From assembly GCA_031271295.1 (NCBI GenBank), contig JAISVZ010000032.1, positions 1,869-65,868 on the forward strand: a stretch of 64,000 nucleotides of DNA. The letters are read 5' to 3'. Made by a program: the position numbers and the translations under genes. The first letter of the stretch is position 1. Each line of letters starts with the position of its first letter. The stretch is from Clostridiales bacterium (GTDB lineage: Bacteria > Bacillota > Clostridia > Lachnospirales > WQUN01). The notes under the pieces were generated by a model. The model had not been told where the DNA came from. It searched no databases and was given only the letters and a program-made list of their open reading frames with translations. Shown one piece after another: positions 8,466 through 18,246 of this stretch.

Positions 8466-8821
8466 TCTTATTTTTGCGCAACGGCGATTTTGTTGCCGTC
8501 AGGGTCCGCAAATTGAAACGAATACGCGCCCCACTCTCTGCGTTCGGGCGGCGAAATTATTTCTATACCGGGTATTTCCCGAAGCAGCCGTTCGTATAGC
8601 GCGTCAACGTTTGCGGTAAAGCATTGCAGCCAGATATTCTTTTCGTTATCTGTATTTATACCACCCGGATCGTATATGGCAATTTTTCCAAAACCGTAAT
8701 GGCTTCCTTCAACAAACGGTTCTTTTTGCAGAACTATTTTATAAAACTGCGCAAGACGGGGGGCATTGTTGGTTGTTATACATATCCCTCCAAACTCCAT
8801 GATTATCCTCCTTAACTCTTT
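8466..8821. repeat. direct repeat copy 2 (VOC gene plus its RBS)
   Basis: See 4975-5330. Confidence 0.9.
8468..8800 (-). CDS. VOC family protein, copy 2
   Basis: 110 aa. Five amino-acid differences from copy 1 (R4G, I9T, E26K, K49N, A50T). Same RBS. Confidence 0.8.
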   Translation of the reverse strand: MEFGGICITTNNAPRLAQFYKIVLQKEPFVEGSHYGFGKIAIYDPGGINTDNEKNIWLQCFTANVDALYERLLREIPGIEIISPPERREWGAYSFQFADPDGNKIAVAQK

Positions 8822-9009
8822 TCATATTTTCGGCACAAAGCATCTTTCGCAAATCTTTCATCTTTACCCCAAATTATATCAGAGGGTTAATAAAATGTAA
8901 ACAGACTTGGCAGAATGCCCGTTTTTTAGGAAAAATTATGCCGCGTGCGGAAAACGTTTCAATTATGAAAGCCGGAGCTGATACATTCTGCTGTTGCGGT
9001 TTAAAACGC

Positions 9010-10401
9010 TTATTTTCCCGTCAGCGCGTTTTTCGCCAAATTACGTGTATCTTCATAGGAATCATAACGGCATTCCTCCAGTATGCTCTGCGGTATCACG
9101 CCGTTATATATCATGGTTTCAACAACCGCGAACCGGCAATGGGTACATTCGGTGTTTTTGTAAAAATGCAAAAGAATATCGCCGCAGGAACCGGACTTAA
9201 AACTGTTATATATTGATGTTATACTTTTGACCATATTAAAACTTAATCTTTTGGAACGCAGAACATGCTTGCGGATTAATGCCTCATCGTCGATTTCGAA
9301 GTTCGGCTCTAAAAGCGTAAGCGCATTTTCAACTTGACCGGCGTCAAATAACTGTAAAGCAAGAGAATGTATTTCCCTGTCCTTAAAGCGCGAAAGCGCT
9401 TTTGCCGTAACCTCGCGGATGCTTTCGTTTCCGGATTTCATATAAGCAAACAGCAGCTTTATATCAAGCGGGAAATCAACATAATTGAACGTCCGCAATA
9501 AAGCTGCCTTCATAAAATCCAACTCTTCATCAAATATAAATTCCGCAAGCCTGTCAATATCTTTTTTCTCCGCCATCCTCGCGAATTTTTTCGCATAAAG
9601 AGATATTCGAAGCGGGAAAGGGTTATCCTCCTTTGAAAGTTCTTCAGCCCGCTTTATCAAAAGTTCAACCGTTACAGTTTCTTCTTTATCCGCTTGAGGC
9701 TCCGTCTTGTATAACTGAGCAAAATCGTTTGCGTTCATAAGCTTAAGATTTGAGCGGCCGGCGCTTTCAGAACCCGCTTTATTGTATGCTTGGCTAAAGG
9801 CGGCAACAAACTCATTTTCCGAACTCTCAATGAATGAATATATCCTGTTCCCGAATTTTTCTTCAGCTGCGGATAAAAACATGTCACACCACAGGCAATC
9901 GTTTCTGCCGCGCTGTTTTATCATTTTGCCCATATCATTTACGCACCGCTTGAAGGATTCAAAGCCGCCACTTATCTTTCGCATCATCAGTTTTTCAAGC
10001 AGTTCGCGTTCACAATACCCGCAATTGAAACTCCGCATAAGCGGCAAACGCCTCTTTAGACCGTCATACTTTTTTTCCAACGCATTACCGGCTTTTTCAT
10101 ATCCGTCTGCGGCAAAACAACACAACAAATCAAAAAGCTGTTCGGAAAGACCCCAATACAGCCTCTTCGAAAACTTTTCCGCTATCCTATCCAAAAACAT
10201 ATCCGGGTTGGAGAATGTGTTTATAGCCGTATATAAATAAAACCCTTTGGTTCCTTCCGTCTGGGCATCATAAGCAATATCCTTAAGAGACGAGCGCATT
10301 ACAACGTTCCGGTACTCTTCCCTGTTAGGCTTTTCCGAAAGCTCAATTATTGCGCCGCCAAGCCCGCGGCGAAAGCTGCGGGTAAAACTTTTTAATGTCA
10401 T
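9010..10401 (-). CDS. hypothetical protein, helical-repeat-like C-terminus with Cys clusters
   Basis: 463-aa ORF with AGGGGTAGG RBS. Starts 13 nt after the stop of the upstream gene. Cys pairs NCGYCE, DCLWCD and CGD..x..ECTHC. The segment SIREVTAKALSRFKDREIHSLALQLFD looks HEAT/ARM-like. I recognise no family. Confidence 0.6.
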   Translation of the reverse strand: MTLKSFTRSFRRGLGGAIIELSEKPNREEYRNVVMRSSLKDIAYDAQTEGTKGFYLYTAINTFSNPDMFLDRIAEKFSKRLYWGLSEQLFDLLCCFAADGYEKAGNALEKKYDGLKRRLPLMRSFNCGYCERELLEKLMMRKISGGFESFKRCVNDMGKMIKQRGRNDCLWCDMFLSAAEEKFGNRIYSFIESSENEFVAAFSQAYNKAGSESAGRSNLKLMNANDFAQLYKTEPQADKEETVTVELLIKRAEELSKEDNPFPLRISLYAKKFARMAEKKDIDRLAEFIFDEELDFMKAALLRTFNYVDFPLDIKLLFAYMKSGNESIREVTAKALSRFKDREIHSLALQLFDAGQVENALTLLEPNFEIDDEALIRKHVLRSKRLSFNMVKSITSIYNSFKSGSCGDILLHFYKNTECTHCRFAVVETMIYNGVIPQSILEECRYDSYEDTRNLAKNALTGK

Positions 10402-10414
10402 AAAAGACCTACCC

Positions 10415-11098
10415 CTACTCCTTCAAGTAATACTCCACCGCTTCCTTAAACGTACCGTCCTCAATTTCGTTAAACCCTTCCTCGGTAAGAAAAAACACAC
10501 CCTTAGAAACCATGTAAAACCAACCGTAAAAATTATTTCTTAAAATATTTGCGGTATCCTTTGCGCAGCCGAATTTTTTCAGCTCCGCAACCGTCATCTC
10601 GCCCTGTTTGTAAAGCGTGCAGGCAATTTTTATGCTGCGTTCCCTAAACGCCGTTAAGAGCTTTACATTTACGCTTCCGCCAAGGTTGCCGTCTATTTTT
10701 CGGTTTTGCGATTCGTTAAGCACCCGGCGGCTGCGCTTGTTATCCAAGGTTTTATCCGCAACCGGCTCCGCCTCAATTTTAACCTGTTTGCCCGTATCTT
10801 CCATTTCGACGGTTATAAGCCCAATCTCCAGCTTTTTTACGATATGCAGTATATTCTTAAAATCCCGCCCGCGTTTTTTGGGGATAACCGCGTAAACATG
10901 CCTTGAAATTTTCTGCCTGTCTATAACCTGATACAAAAGTGTCATGTTAAAGCTTTTCTTAAATTCCAAAAGCAACATAACGCCGTCCTTTACGGCGGTA
11001 GCGTCTATCCCCATAACCTCGGAACGCACATCGTATCCCAAATCCTCAAAAAAACGTTTTACCGGCATGTACATATCTTTTTCAGAAAAATCCGGCAT
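10415..11098 (-). CDS. PD-(D/E)xK-like nuclease-fold protein with C-terminal wHTH-like region (DUF2161-like)
   Basis: 227 aa. The N-terminus DMYMPVKRFFEDLGYDVRSEVMGIDATAVKDGVMLLLEFKKSF gives a D...E-x-K arrangement, as in restriction-endonuclease-like folds and as I recall for DUF2161. Its ATG directly abuts the TAA of the deacetylase gene. Confidence 0.55.
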   Translation of the reverse strand: MPDFSEKDMYMPVKRFFEDLGYDVRSEVMGIDATAVKDGVMLLLEFKKSFNMTLLYQVIDRQKISRHVYAVIPKKRGRDFKNILHIVKKLEIGLITVEMEDTGKQVKIEAEPVADKTLDNKRSRRVLNESQNRKIDGNLGGSVNVKLLTAFRERSIKIACTLYKQGEMTVAELKKFGCAKDTANILRNNFYGWFYMVSKGVFFLTEEGFNEIEDGTFKEAVEYYLKE

Positions 11099-11893
11099 TT
11101 ATATCACCATTTCAATGCCTGCCGGAATTTCAACCGCCTGTCCGTCTATTTCCGCCGCTACATTCATTGCGGATTTATTCAAAACCATTTTTAAATCCGC
11201 CGAAAACCTCAGCGAGCGGTACGCGTTTAAATAATCGCATATTTCAATATTTGTGGCAAACCACACATCCTCACGGCCGCTGACCTTTTTGCAGAACTCC
11301 TCCATCATATCCCAGTTGCCGTCCCTTTCGAACTCGAAGCTGTGCCCCCATATGTAAAACAGGCGAGACGAATATATATTTTTATCATCCAAAAAAATAT
11401 CGGTAAGCTCGTGCAGAGATTCGTTATGGTGGCATGTGGCGTTCCAGCGAAGAAAATCGTCCGGAAGATGGAAATATTTCGTGGAGTGTACCGTTCGCGA
11501 ATACTCCATGCCAAGGCTTTTTATCATTTCCACCACAAAATCGTTCACCGAACCGTACGGGTAGGACATTCCGCGAATTATTTTCCCGGTTAAACGCTCT
11601 AAAATTTCGCGGTCTTTCATAATTTCGTCAATAAGTTTTTCCCTTGGGCAAACCGTAAGCGATTGGTGCGTAAGTGCGTGCGCCGAAATTTCGTGCCCTT
11701 TAAAGAGCGGAATAATTTCATCGGCGCAAAGCCTGCCATCGGTACCCAAAAGCCCGCCGTTTAAATGGAACGTTCCCTTTAAATCGTACTTATTTAGCAT
11801 TTCAACCAACTTGACATCCGGCTTAAAACCGTCGTCGTAACTTAGTGTTATAGCTTTCTTTTTCCCTCCCGGAAACAAACAGTTAATAGGCAT
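11099..11893 (-). CDS. polysaccharide deacetylase (NodB homology domain) family protein
   Basis: 264 aa. ITLSYDDG (the DD metal motif), H-x-x-x-H context SAHALTHQSL, and MSYPYG. Confidence 0.8.
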   Translation of the reverse strand: MPINCLFPGGKKKAITLSYDDGFKPDVKLVEMLNKYDLKGTFHLNGGLLGTDGRLCADEIIPLFKGHEISAHALTHQSLTVCPREKLIDEIMKDREILERLTGKIIRGMSYPYGSVNDFVVEMIKSLGMEYSRTVHSTKYFHLPDDFLRWNATCHHNESLHELTDIFLDDKNIYSSRLFYIWGHSFEFERDGNWDMMEEFCKKVSGREDVWFATNIEICDYLNAYRSLRFSADLKMVLNKSAMNVAAEIDGQAVEIPAGIEMVI

Positions 11894-12040
11894 AAAATCC
11901 CTCCGTTTTTTATTGTAATTTAAGCCTCACGCATAACCATAGCCATCAACCCCGGACAAGTGCATTATACCGCTAAGTATAGACGCCGGTCAATGGAATT
12001 AAACCGATGTTGAAAGTTATAGGAGTGTAAACAGAAGCAT

Positions 12041-14539
12041 CTAAGCCACCTTCTCCACCTTACACCCGCTATAATATCGCGCCAAAATCTCACCAAGCGA
12101 ATACCCCATATCAATCATTCCCTTAACTCCGTTTTGGCTCATGCCAACGCCGTGCCCGTACCCGCCGCCGTAAAATACTGCCTCCTGCAAATTCCCGTTT
12201 TCGTTATAAAAAACATCGGAAGTAAAAAACGCGCTGGGCATCATCCCGAAGTTTTCTACCGCGCTGCCGTTATGCCTTGTTAATACCTTCGGCGCAATGA
12301 GCATACGGATATTGTACTCGGTTAACACCTTAACCGTCGCCTCCGTTCCGGTAATTTTCATTTCCATTATGTTGCCTCCCGCGCCGCGTTTTAAAACCTC
12401 AATATTTTTAACGCTGCCCACACTTACAACCGGGCGGCTTAAATAAATACCGTTTTCCTGCAAAGTTTTAATAAGGTACGGGTTGGCGTTATACCGCTCC
12501 CCTATTCTCGAATTGACGCTTTGCGTAATTTCCTCCGCAGTCATAACCGTTTCCCACCTAAACCACGGGAAGTTTTTGTCAAACCCCTCCACATTTTGCG
12601 CCTTGAAAAATTTTGCCGCGTTCTCCTCAACGGATAAATCGCCGAAATCTTCGCCTTCGTATAGCTTTACGGATTTTAAGTATTCCTGGGTATGTGCCGG
12701 AAACCGGCGGTTTGCCGCGTTTGCCCAAACGTCCCCGGAATTTGCGGTAACACCCGCCGACGTTGAAAAAAAGTTGGCGGATACCACCTGCCCGGAATAC
12801 GTAAGGCATAACCCCGCGGTTTCGTTAACCGCCTGTACGGAAATTTCGTTTTCCGGTATGTTGTTGTACACCTGCGAATTTACGGAATCGTCCACATTTG
12901 CTCCGTAGTTGTGGTAACGGTTGGAGTAGAACTGATTGTAAGCGTAGCTCCTTGCCGTTACCGCCTGCACCTTTGCCGCCTCCACACCGTGCGACGACGG
13001 CATTTCGCTTGGCACAACCGAATACAAATATTCCTCCAAGCCCACTTCGTTTGTTAAGGTAAGGTATCCGTCGGCTTTGCCTATTTCAATTACTCCCCTG
13101 TATTTCGGGTTTTCACCGTCCGGCCAGTTCCTTTTAAGCCCTATAATTTCAACCCTTCCGGATTCGATATCCGGCGTGATGTAAATTCTGTCCGTATTTT
13201 TTATATTCGCGTCCTCTATTCCCGATACCGAAAATTCTTCGCCTTTTTCAAATTTCCTTTCATTTTCGCCAATTTTTACGGTATAGCCCGTATCCGCGCT
13301 GAGTTTTATTTCCTCGTGATAAAGCGAGGTAAAAGCGCTGTTATTAAGCGCAACCCTTATTATTTGCGGCAAAGGGTTTCTGTCTATAACAGCCGCGCGT
13401 ACCTGCGAATCCTGCGTATAAAATACCGCTATATCCGTTCCCGTCATTAAATCCCTTGCGGCTTTCCATTTCACACTTCCGTCCGCTACGGAATACACTT
13501 TAAAATCCTCGGATGCCGCCCTTATTCCGTTTTCGGCAAACTCAAACTCATTTTGGTTAAAGCGCAGTATTTTATCCCTAAGCGCCGTTTCGTATACGGT
13601 TATATCAAGCACCTTAGCGCCGTCCACAGTTATATCGCAAATTTTTCCGGCATATGCCGGGTTTGCGTTCGGGTATTCGTAAAACCTCTCCGCGCCCCCG
13701 GTGAAAATTGTAATTCCGTTCGCTTTTACGTTAACAATGTAGCAATTTTTCATTTCCGGAGTTTCCGATACAATTCCCGTTACCGCAATAATTTCATTTT
13801 CCTTAACAAGTACGCGTATTTGCTTGTTTAAATAAGAATCCATAACAAGGCCGTAGAACGTTAACGGCCCGGTATCAGAAATTAAATTAAAACCCGAAAG
13901 TTTTGAATTACTCTCCTTCGTTGCCAAAACAACTATATTTTTTTCCGTTATTGAAAACATCTCGGAAACGCTTTTCTCTCCGGCGGTGTTTTCCAAAAAT
14001 TTTTTATACATTTGAGTAAAGAGCGCGTAAGATATCGGCAAGTCCTTGTTGCCCGCGTTCATTTTAACCTTTACGGTGTTTTCCGGGTTAATGTTATCCA
14101 AAATAAGCTGCGCGTGTTCCAGCGAAAGCGCGTCCTCCGGCTTAAACTTATCGCCGTAGCCAAGCATAACGCTTTGAATGTACGCGGCGTTTATAAACTT
14201 ATCGTACCATTTGGCGCTGTCGGTATCCGAAAAGGTTATTTCCCTGTCGAAACTTGCGATATCGTTTATATCATTATAAATAAGCGATGTCATTTTTGCC
14301 GCCAGCGCGCGCGATACCGGAATATCATCGCCAATTGGCGCAAGGTTTTCCGCATCTGCCGCAATATGCGCCGTATTATCAATATTTTCCGCGGCTTCCC
14401 GCGGCGGCGCAATAACAGCGTTATCGTTTATTCCCGTTTCCGAAACGCGCCCGCTTAAGAGCGCACAGGATGTAAAAAGCCATACGCTTATAAATGAAAA
14501 TATGCGCATGGCTTTCTGAAGTTTTTTGTTAATTTTCAT
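12041..14539 (-). CDS. SpoIID/LytB domain-containing lipoprotein
   Basis: The start is revised to the ATG at 14539 (GGGAG RBS). Signal peptide with lipobox LFTSC. The C-terminal part has YLYSVVPSEMPSSHGVEAAKVQAVTARSYAY and GHGVGMSQNGVKGM, the SpoIID amidase-enhancer signature. Confidence 0.85.
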   Translation of the reverse strand: MKINKKLQKAMRIFSFISVWLFTSCALLSGRVSETGINDNAVIAPPREAAENIDNTAHIAADAENLAPIGDDIPVSRALAAKMTSLIYNDINDIASFDREITFSDTDSAKWYDKFINAAYIQSVMLGYGDKFKPEDALSLEHAQLILDNINPENTVKVKMNAGNKDLPISYALFTQMYKKFLENTAGEKSVSEMFSITEKNIVVLATKESNSKLSGFNLISDTGPLTFYGLVMDSYLNKQIRVLVKENEIIAVTGIVSETPEMKNCYIVNVKANGITIFTGGAERFYEYPNANPAYAGKICDITVDGAKVLDITVYETALRDKILRFNQNEFEFAENGIRAASEDFKVYSVADGSVKWKAARDLMTGTDIAVFYTQDSQVRAAVIDRNPLPQIIRVALNNSAFTSLYHEEIKLSADTGYTVKIGENERKFEKGEEFSVSGIEDANIKNTDRIYITPDIESGRVEIIGLKRNWPDGENPKYRGVIEIGKADGYLTLTNEVGLEEYLYSVVPSEMPSSHGVEAAKVQAVTARSYAYNQFYSNRYHNYGANVDDSVNSQVYNNIPENEISVQAVNETAGLCLTYSGQVVSANFFSTSAGVTANSGDVWANAANRRFPAHTQEYLKSVKLYEGEDFGDLSVEENAAKFFKAQNVEGFDKNFPWFRWETVMTAEEITQSVNSRIGERYNANPYLIKTLQENGIYLSRPVVSVGSVKNIEVLKRGAGGNIMEMKITGTEATVKVLTEYNIRMLIAPKVLTRHNGSAVENFGMMPSAFFTSDVFYNENGNLQEAVFYGGGYGHGVGMSQNGVKGMIDMGYSLGEILARYYSGCKVEKVA

Positions 14540-14602
14540 AATGCCCACTCCCTCGTACAAGCTTTGCCTTCTTAATTGTATGAGGAAGAAAAAAATAATA
14601 TG

Positions 14603-16513
14603 CTATACCAATAAAAAGTCCATCTTGCCCGCCTCAACATCCGCGCTTAAAAGTTTTACTCTTACGCGTTTGCCAAGCCCAAACACCTGCCCTGTTGCCT
14701 GCCCGGTTAAGGTTATGGATTGTTCGTCGTAAACGAAATAGTCCCCTCCCATGTTTTTAACGGAAACCATGCCGTCTGAAGTGTTTTCCAGCGTAACAAA
14801 AAACCCCCGGTTTATAACGCCTGAAATAACCCCTTCAAATTCCTGACCTATCTTACCGCTCATATATTCAACTTTTTTCATGTTTAAAACATCGCGTTCG
14901 CAGTTTTGCGCCCTGCGTTCGGTAAAAGATGTTTTTTTGCATACTTCCGGTAAAATTTCGTTGTAATGCGCAATGCGGTCGCCGTTTAGCTTTTGGCACA
15001 AATTTTCCTTAATAATTCTGTGAATCTGCAAATCCGGGTAGCGTCGTATGGGCGAAGTAAAATGGCAGTAGCATTTGGAGGCAAGCCCAAAATGCCCAAT
15101 ATTAATTTCGCTGTATTTTGCCTGCTGCAAGCTTCGCAGCATTACGTTGCCAATCATTGCTTCCTCCGGAGAATTTTTCGCCTTTAAAAGCAGAGTTTGA
15201 TACGAGCGCGCTTCCTTCCCGCGAAGCGAATAACCCAAATTTTTAAGAAATTCGGTAAACCTTCTGCGCCTTAACGTATCCGGTTCTTCGTGGCAACGGT
15301 AAACGAAGGGAAGCTCTAACCAAAAAAATTCCTCCGCAACAGTTTCGTTGCACAAAACCATAAATTCCTCGATAATAGCCGTTGCGGTGTTTCTCTCCCT
15401 TAACGTTATGCCAACCGCGCGCCCCGACGCGTCAAGCTCCGCCTTAGCCTCCGGAAAATCGAACTCCAACGCGCCGCGTTCAACGCGTTTGCGTTTTAAT
15501 ATTTGGCATAAATCCGCCATATCTTTAAGCATTACATCGTATTTTTCATAACCTTCGGGAATTTGCGCCTCTTTTGCGTTAGCCTCTTTGCGCGAAAGGT
15601 AAGAACTAACCTTTTCATATGTCATTCTTTTATCAACCTTAACTATGGATTCAAAAATCCAGTGGTTAAGCACCTTGCCAACAGAACTTACCTCCATTTC
15701 GCAGCTTAGCGCCAAACGAAACTCACCCTCGTTTAAAGAGCATATACCGTTGGATAAATTTCTCGGAAGCATGGGAATAACCCTATCCGCAAGGTAAACG
15801 CTGGTGCCGCGCTTTAACGCGTCCCTATCCAGCGCGGAATTTTCCTTAACATAATGGGCGACATCCGCAATTGATACCGTAAGCAAAAAATTTCCGTTAT
15901 CAAGCTTATCTAAAGAAACCGCGTCGTCTATATCTTTTGAATCCTCGGAATCTATTGTTACGGTTAACCTTCCGGATAAATCCACCCTTTGGGGGTAATC
16001 GTCCTTATCAATAAATTCGGGTAAAAGCTCCGCTTCCTCGTCGGATTTTCGCGAAAACTCCGAAGGAATTTCCATTCTGTAAACCACGGCCATAATATCC
16101 ACGCCCGGCGCGTCCTTATGCCCCAAATCCGCAATTATTCTGCCCTCGGCGTAATACTCCCCGCTTTGAGGGCGTACAATTTTTACCGAAACCTTATGGT
16201 CTAACAATTCAGGGTTGATACAGCCGCCAAGCACTATGTACTGCGCAATTCTTTTATCGTCCGGCACAACGGCGGGGCGTTTGCCCAGAGCCTGATATGT
16301 GCCCATAACAAATTTATTGCCGCGGTCTATTACTTTATCAACCGCGCCAATTGCCTTTTCCCTGTCGTAACGCAAAATAGAGACGCTAACAACATCCTTG
16401 TGCATTGCCGTTCCTTTGTTTTCCGAGTATATGAAAATTTCGCTTCCGTCGTCTAATTTTACGTAGCCGTTTCCGTTATAGAGCGAAAAAAAACTTCCCG
16501 TAAACGATTCCAT
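14603..16513 (-). CDS. rnr: ribonuclease R
   Basis: The start is revised to the ATG at 16513 (AGGAGG 7 nt upstream). RNB motifs DSEDSKDIDDAVS and HFGLASKCYCHFTSPIRRYPDLQIHR. C-terminal S1 domain EFEGVISGVINRGFFV. Located downstream of secG, as in many Firmicutes. Confidence 0.92.
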   Translation of the reverse strand: MESFTGSFFSLYNGNGYVKLDDGSEIFIYSENKGTAMHKDVVSVSILRYDREKAIGAVDKVIDRGNKFVMGTYQALGKRPAVVPDDKRIAQYIVLGGCINPELLDHKVSVKIVRPQSGEYYAEGRIIADLGHKDAPGVDIMAVVYRMEIPSEFSRKSDEEAELLPEFIDKDDYPQRVDLSGRLTVTIDSEDSKDIDDAVSLDKLDNGNFLLTVSIADVAHYVKENSALDRDALKRGTSVYLADRVIPMLPRNLSNGICSLNEGEFRLALSCEMEVSSVGKVLNHWIFESIVKVDKRMTYEKVSSYLSRKEANAKEAQIPEGYEKYDVMLKDMADLCQILKRKRVERGALEFDFPEAKAELDASGRAVGITLRERNTATAIIEEFMVLCNETVAEEFFWLELPFVYRCHEEPDTLRRRRFTEFLKNLGYSLRGKEARSYQTLLLKAKNSPEEAMIGNVMLRSLQQAKYSEINIGHFGLASKCYCHFTSPIRRYPDLQIHRIIKENLCQKLNGDRIAHYNEILPEVCKKTSFTERRAQNCERDVLNMKKVEYMSGKIGQEFEGVISGVINRGFFVTLENTSDGMVSVKNMGGDYFVYDEQSITLTGQATGQVFGLGKRVRVKLLSADVEAGKMDFLLV

Positions 16514-16575
16514 AAAGATCCTCCTATGATGCAAAAAAAGGAGGGAGAATAATCTCCCCCCTTGGAAAAAACAGA

Positions 16576-16830
16576 TTACAACCTAACAAACCACGTAGCA
16601 ACTGTTACGGCAAATAAAACGGCAATGCCGATTTTTGTGTACTTTTCCAACGAGCCTTCCAAAGAACGGCCCTTGTTTTTATCCCAATAAGTTTGAGACT
16701 GCCCCATACCGGCAAGCCCGCCAAGCCCTGCGGAACGTTTTTTTTGCAAAAGAATAAATGTTACAACCGCAGCGCAACTTAAGATGTACACAATGGAAAT
16801 AATAATAACTAACACGTTCAAAATAAGCAC
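16576..16830 (-). CDS. secG: preprotein translocase subunit SecG
   Basis: Small two-TM protein. LLQKKRSAGLGGLAGMG is the SecG loop signature. The exact start is uncertain: GTG 16830, TTG 16821 or GTG 16815. Confidence 0.8.
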   Translation of the reverse strand: MLILNVLVIIISIVYILSCAAVVTFILLQKKRSAGLGGLAGMGQSQTYWDKNKGRSLEGSLEKYTKIGIAVLFAVTVATWFVRL

Positions 16831-16901
16831 CTCTTTGAAATTTGTTTTTGCTTAAACTGCGTGCAGTATAGCATATCCGAGCTATGATAGCAAGATTATT
16901 T

Positions 16902-18155
16902 TTAGTTAATAACCAGCGGTGCGTTCGACGTTTCAAGGCTGAGCTTTATAATTTTTGACGCCTCGCTGTAATTAATGGATTTAGCCTCCGCAAACGACGG
17001 GCTGTTTGCAATATAGTTAAGCCCTGTAAGCCCTATTTTAATGTTTGAAAGTGTGGCGTGCGCCTTTAAATGATACCCCAAATCCGGCGAGGACGGAAGG
17101 TTAAGCGTCATTTTGGCGTTACTTGTTTCAACCGCCCAAATGTATTCCGGTTTTGCGCCGAAGTTTGCTACATTCATAGTAATATTTCCGCTTAAAGCGG
17201 TAAGAATAAGGTTTTGAATATCCATTCCCTCCGCGAAAACATTTCCGTTAAAATTCTCAAATTTGCCGTTTACGCTTTTTAAATTGCTCAGTCGCATTTC
17301 GCCGTTACTGCCGTCCGCCTTGATATCGTTCGATGCAATATCCTTCAAAACGGTAGAGCCGCTTAAATTATTTACGCTAAGGTAATCGCTTTCGGTTGCG
17401 GAAATGTTTATCGCGCCGTTAACGGTAGATACCGCTATGCTGTTAAACATTGCGCTTGGCACAAAAGCGTCTATGCACACCCTGTCGAACTCGTCCTCTT
17501 CGTAATTTAAAAAATACTTGCTTCCAAGCTGCATTATTTCAATATGAGCCGACGGTTTTTTGCTGCGGTAAAAAATACGGGCGCTTATTTTATCCCCGTT
17601 GTAGCCTTGAAGCAAAACATCGCCGTTTAGGCCGGAAAAATTAAGCTCGTTATAACCGGAGGTAACCTTTGCCTCAAAAACGCGTTCTATCATATCCGCA
17701 TAACCCAGTTTTACAGGAGCGGAAGCAGGCTTTGGCACAGAAGTATACCTACCCGCCGGCGCCGCGTGAGGCGCGGAGGATAAAGATTTTGATATTTTAT
17801 CCGCAACCTTTCCGGTGGTTTCCGCAACGGTTTCCGTAAGCTTATAAAGCTTGGGTTCCATATCTCTGGCAAATGTTTCAAATTTGCGGGATAAATCGCT
17901 TGTAAAATCGTCCATGCCGCCGCGAGAGGTTGCCTCAGCGCTTCGCGCTGCCGCAGGCGGCCTTTGGTTTTGCGCGTATCCGGCGCTTGGTTTTGGCGTG
18001 TCAAAGCGTTCGCGCGGTTTCGGCATTTCCGTTCTAACTTGCGCACGCGGTTTTTTATCCCCATCTTCTATTGCGCTTAAAAGCCTTGAAGCTTCCTGCG
18101 CGTCAATTTTTCTTTCCTCAAGCATTTTAAGTATCATCATTTTTTCGCTGCTCAT
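16902..18155 (-). CDS. DUF4097-like beta-repeat protein with YvlB/LiaX-type N-terminal helix
   Basis: The start is revised to the ATG at 18155 (GGAGG 7 nt upstream). The N-terminus is ILKMLEERKIDAQEASRLLSAIE, followed by a P/A-rich linker. The C-terminal half has repeated NG..x..L beta-strand units typical of DUF4097 putative adhesins. Confidence 0.65.
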   Translation of the reverse strand: MSSEKMMILKMLEERKIDAQEASRLLSAIEDGDKKPRAQVRTEMPKPRERFDTPKPSAGYAQNQRPPAAARSAEATSRGGMDDFTSDLSRKFETFARDMEPKLYKLTETVAETTGKVADKISKSLSSAPHAAPAGRYTSVPKPASAPVKLGYADMIERVFEAKVTSGYNELNFSGLNGDVLLQGYNGDKISARIFYRSKKPSAHIEIMQLGSKYFLNYEEDEFDRVCIDAFVPSAMFNSIAVSTVNGAINISATESDYLSVNNLSGSTVLKDIASNDIKADGSNGEMRLSNLKSVNGKFENFNGNVFAEGMDIQNLILTALSGNITMNVANFGAKPEYIWAVETSNAKMTLNLPSSPDLGYHLKAHATLSNIKIGLTGLNYIANSPSFAEAKSINYSEASKIIKLSLETSNAPLVIN

Positions 18156-18246
18156 AATCAATCCTCCAATAATCGCTCAAATTTCAATATAATTCATTAT
18201 ATATTATTAGTTACGGGTAAAATGCCTGATGGTTTGCCTGAAACTA

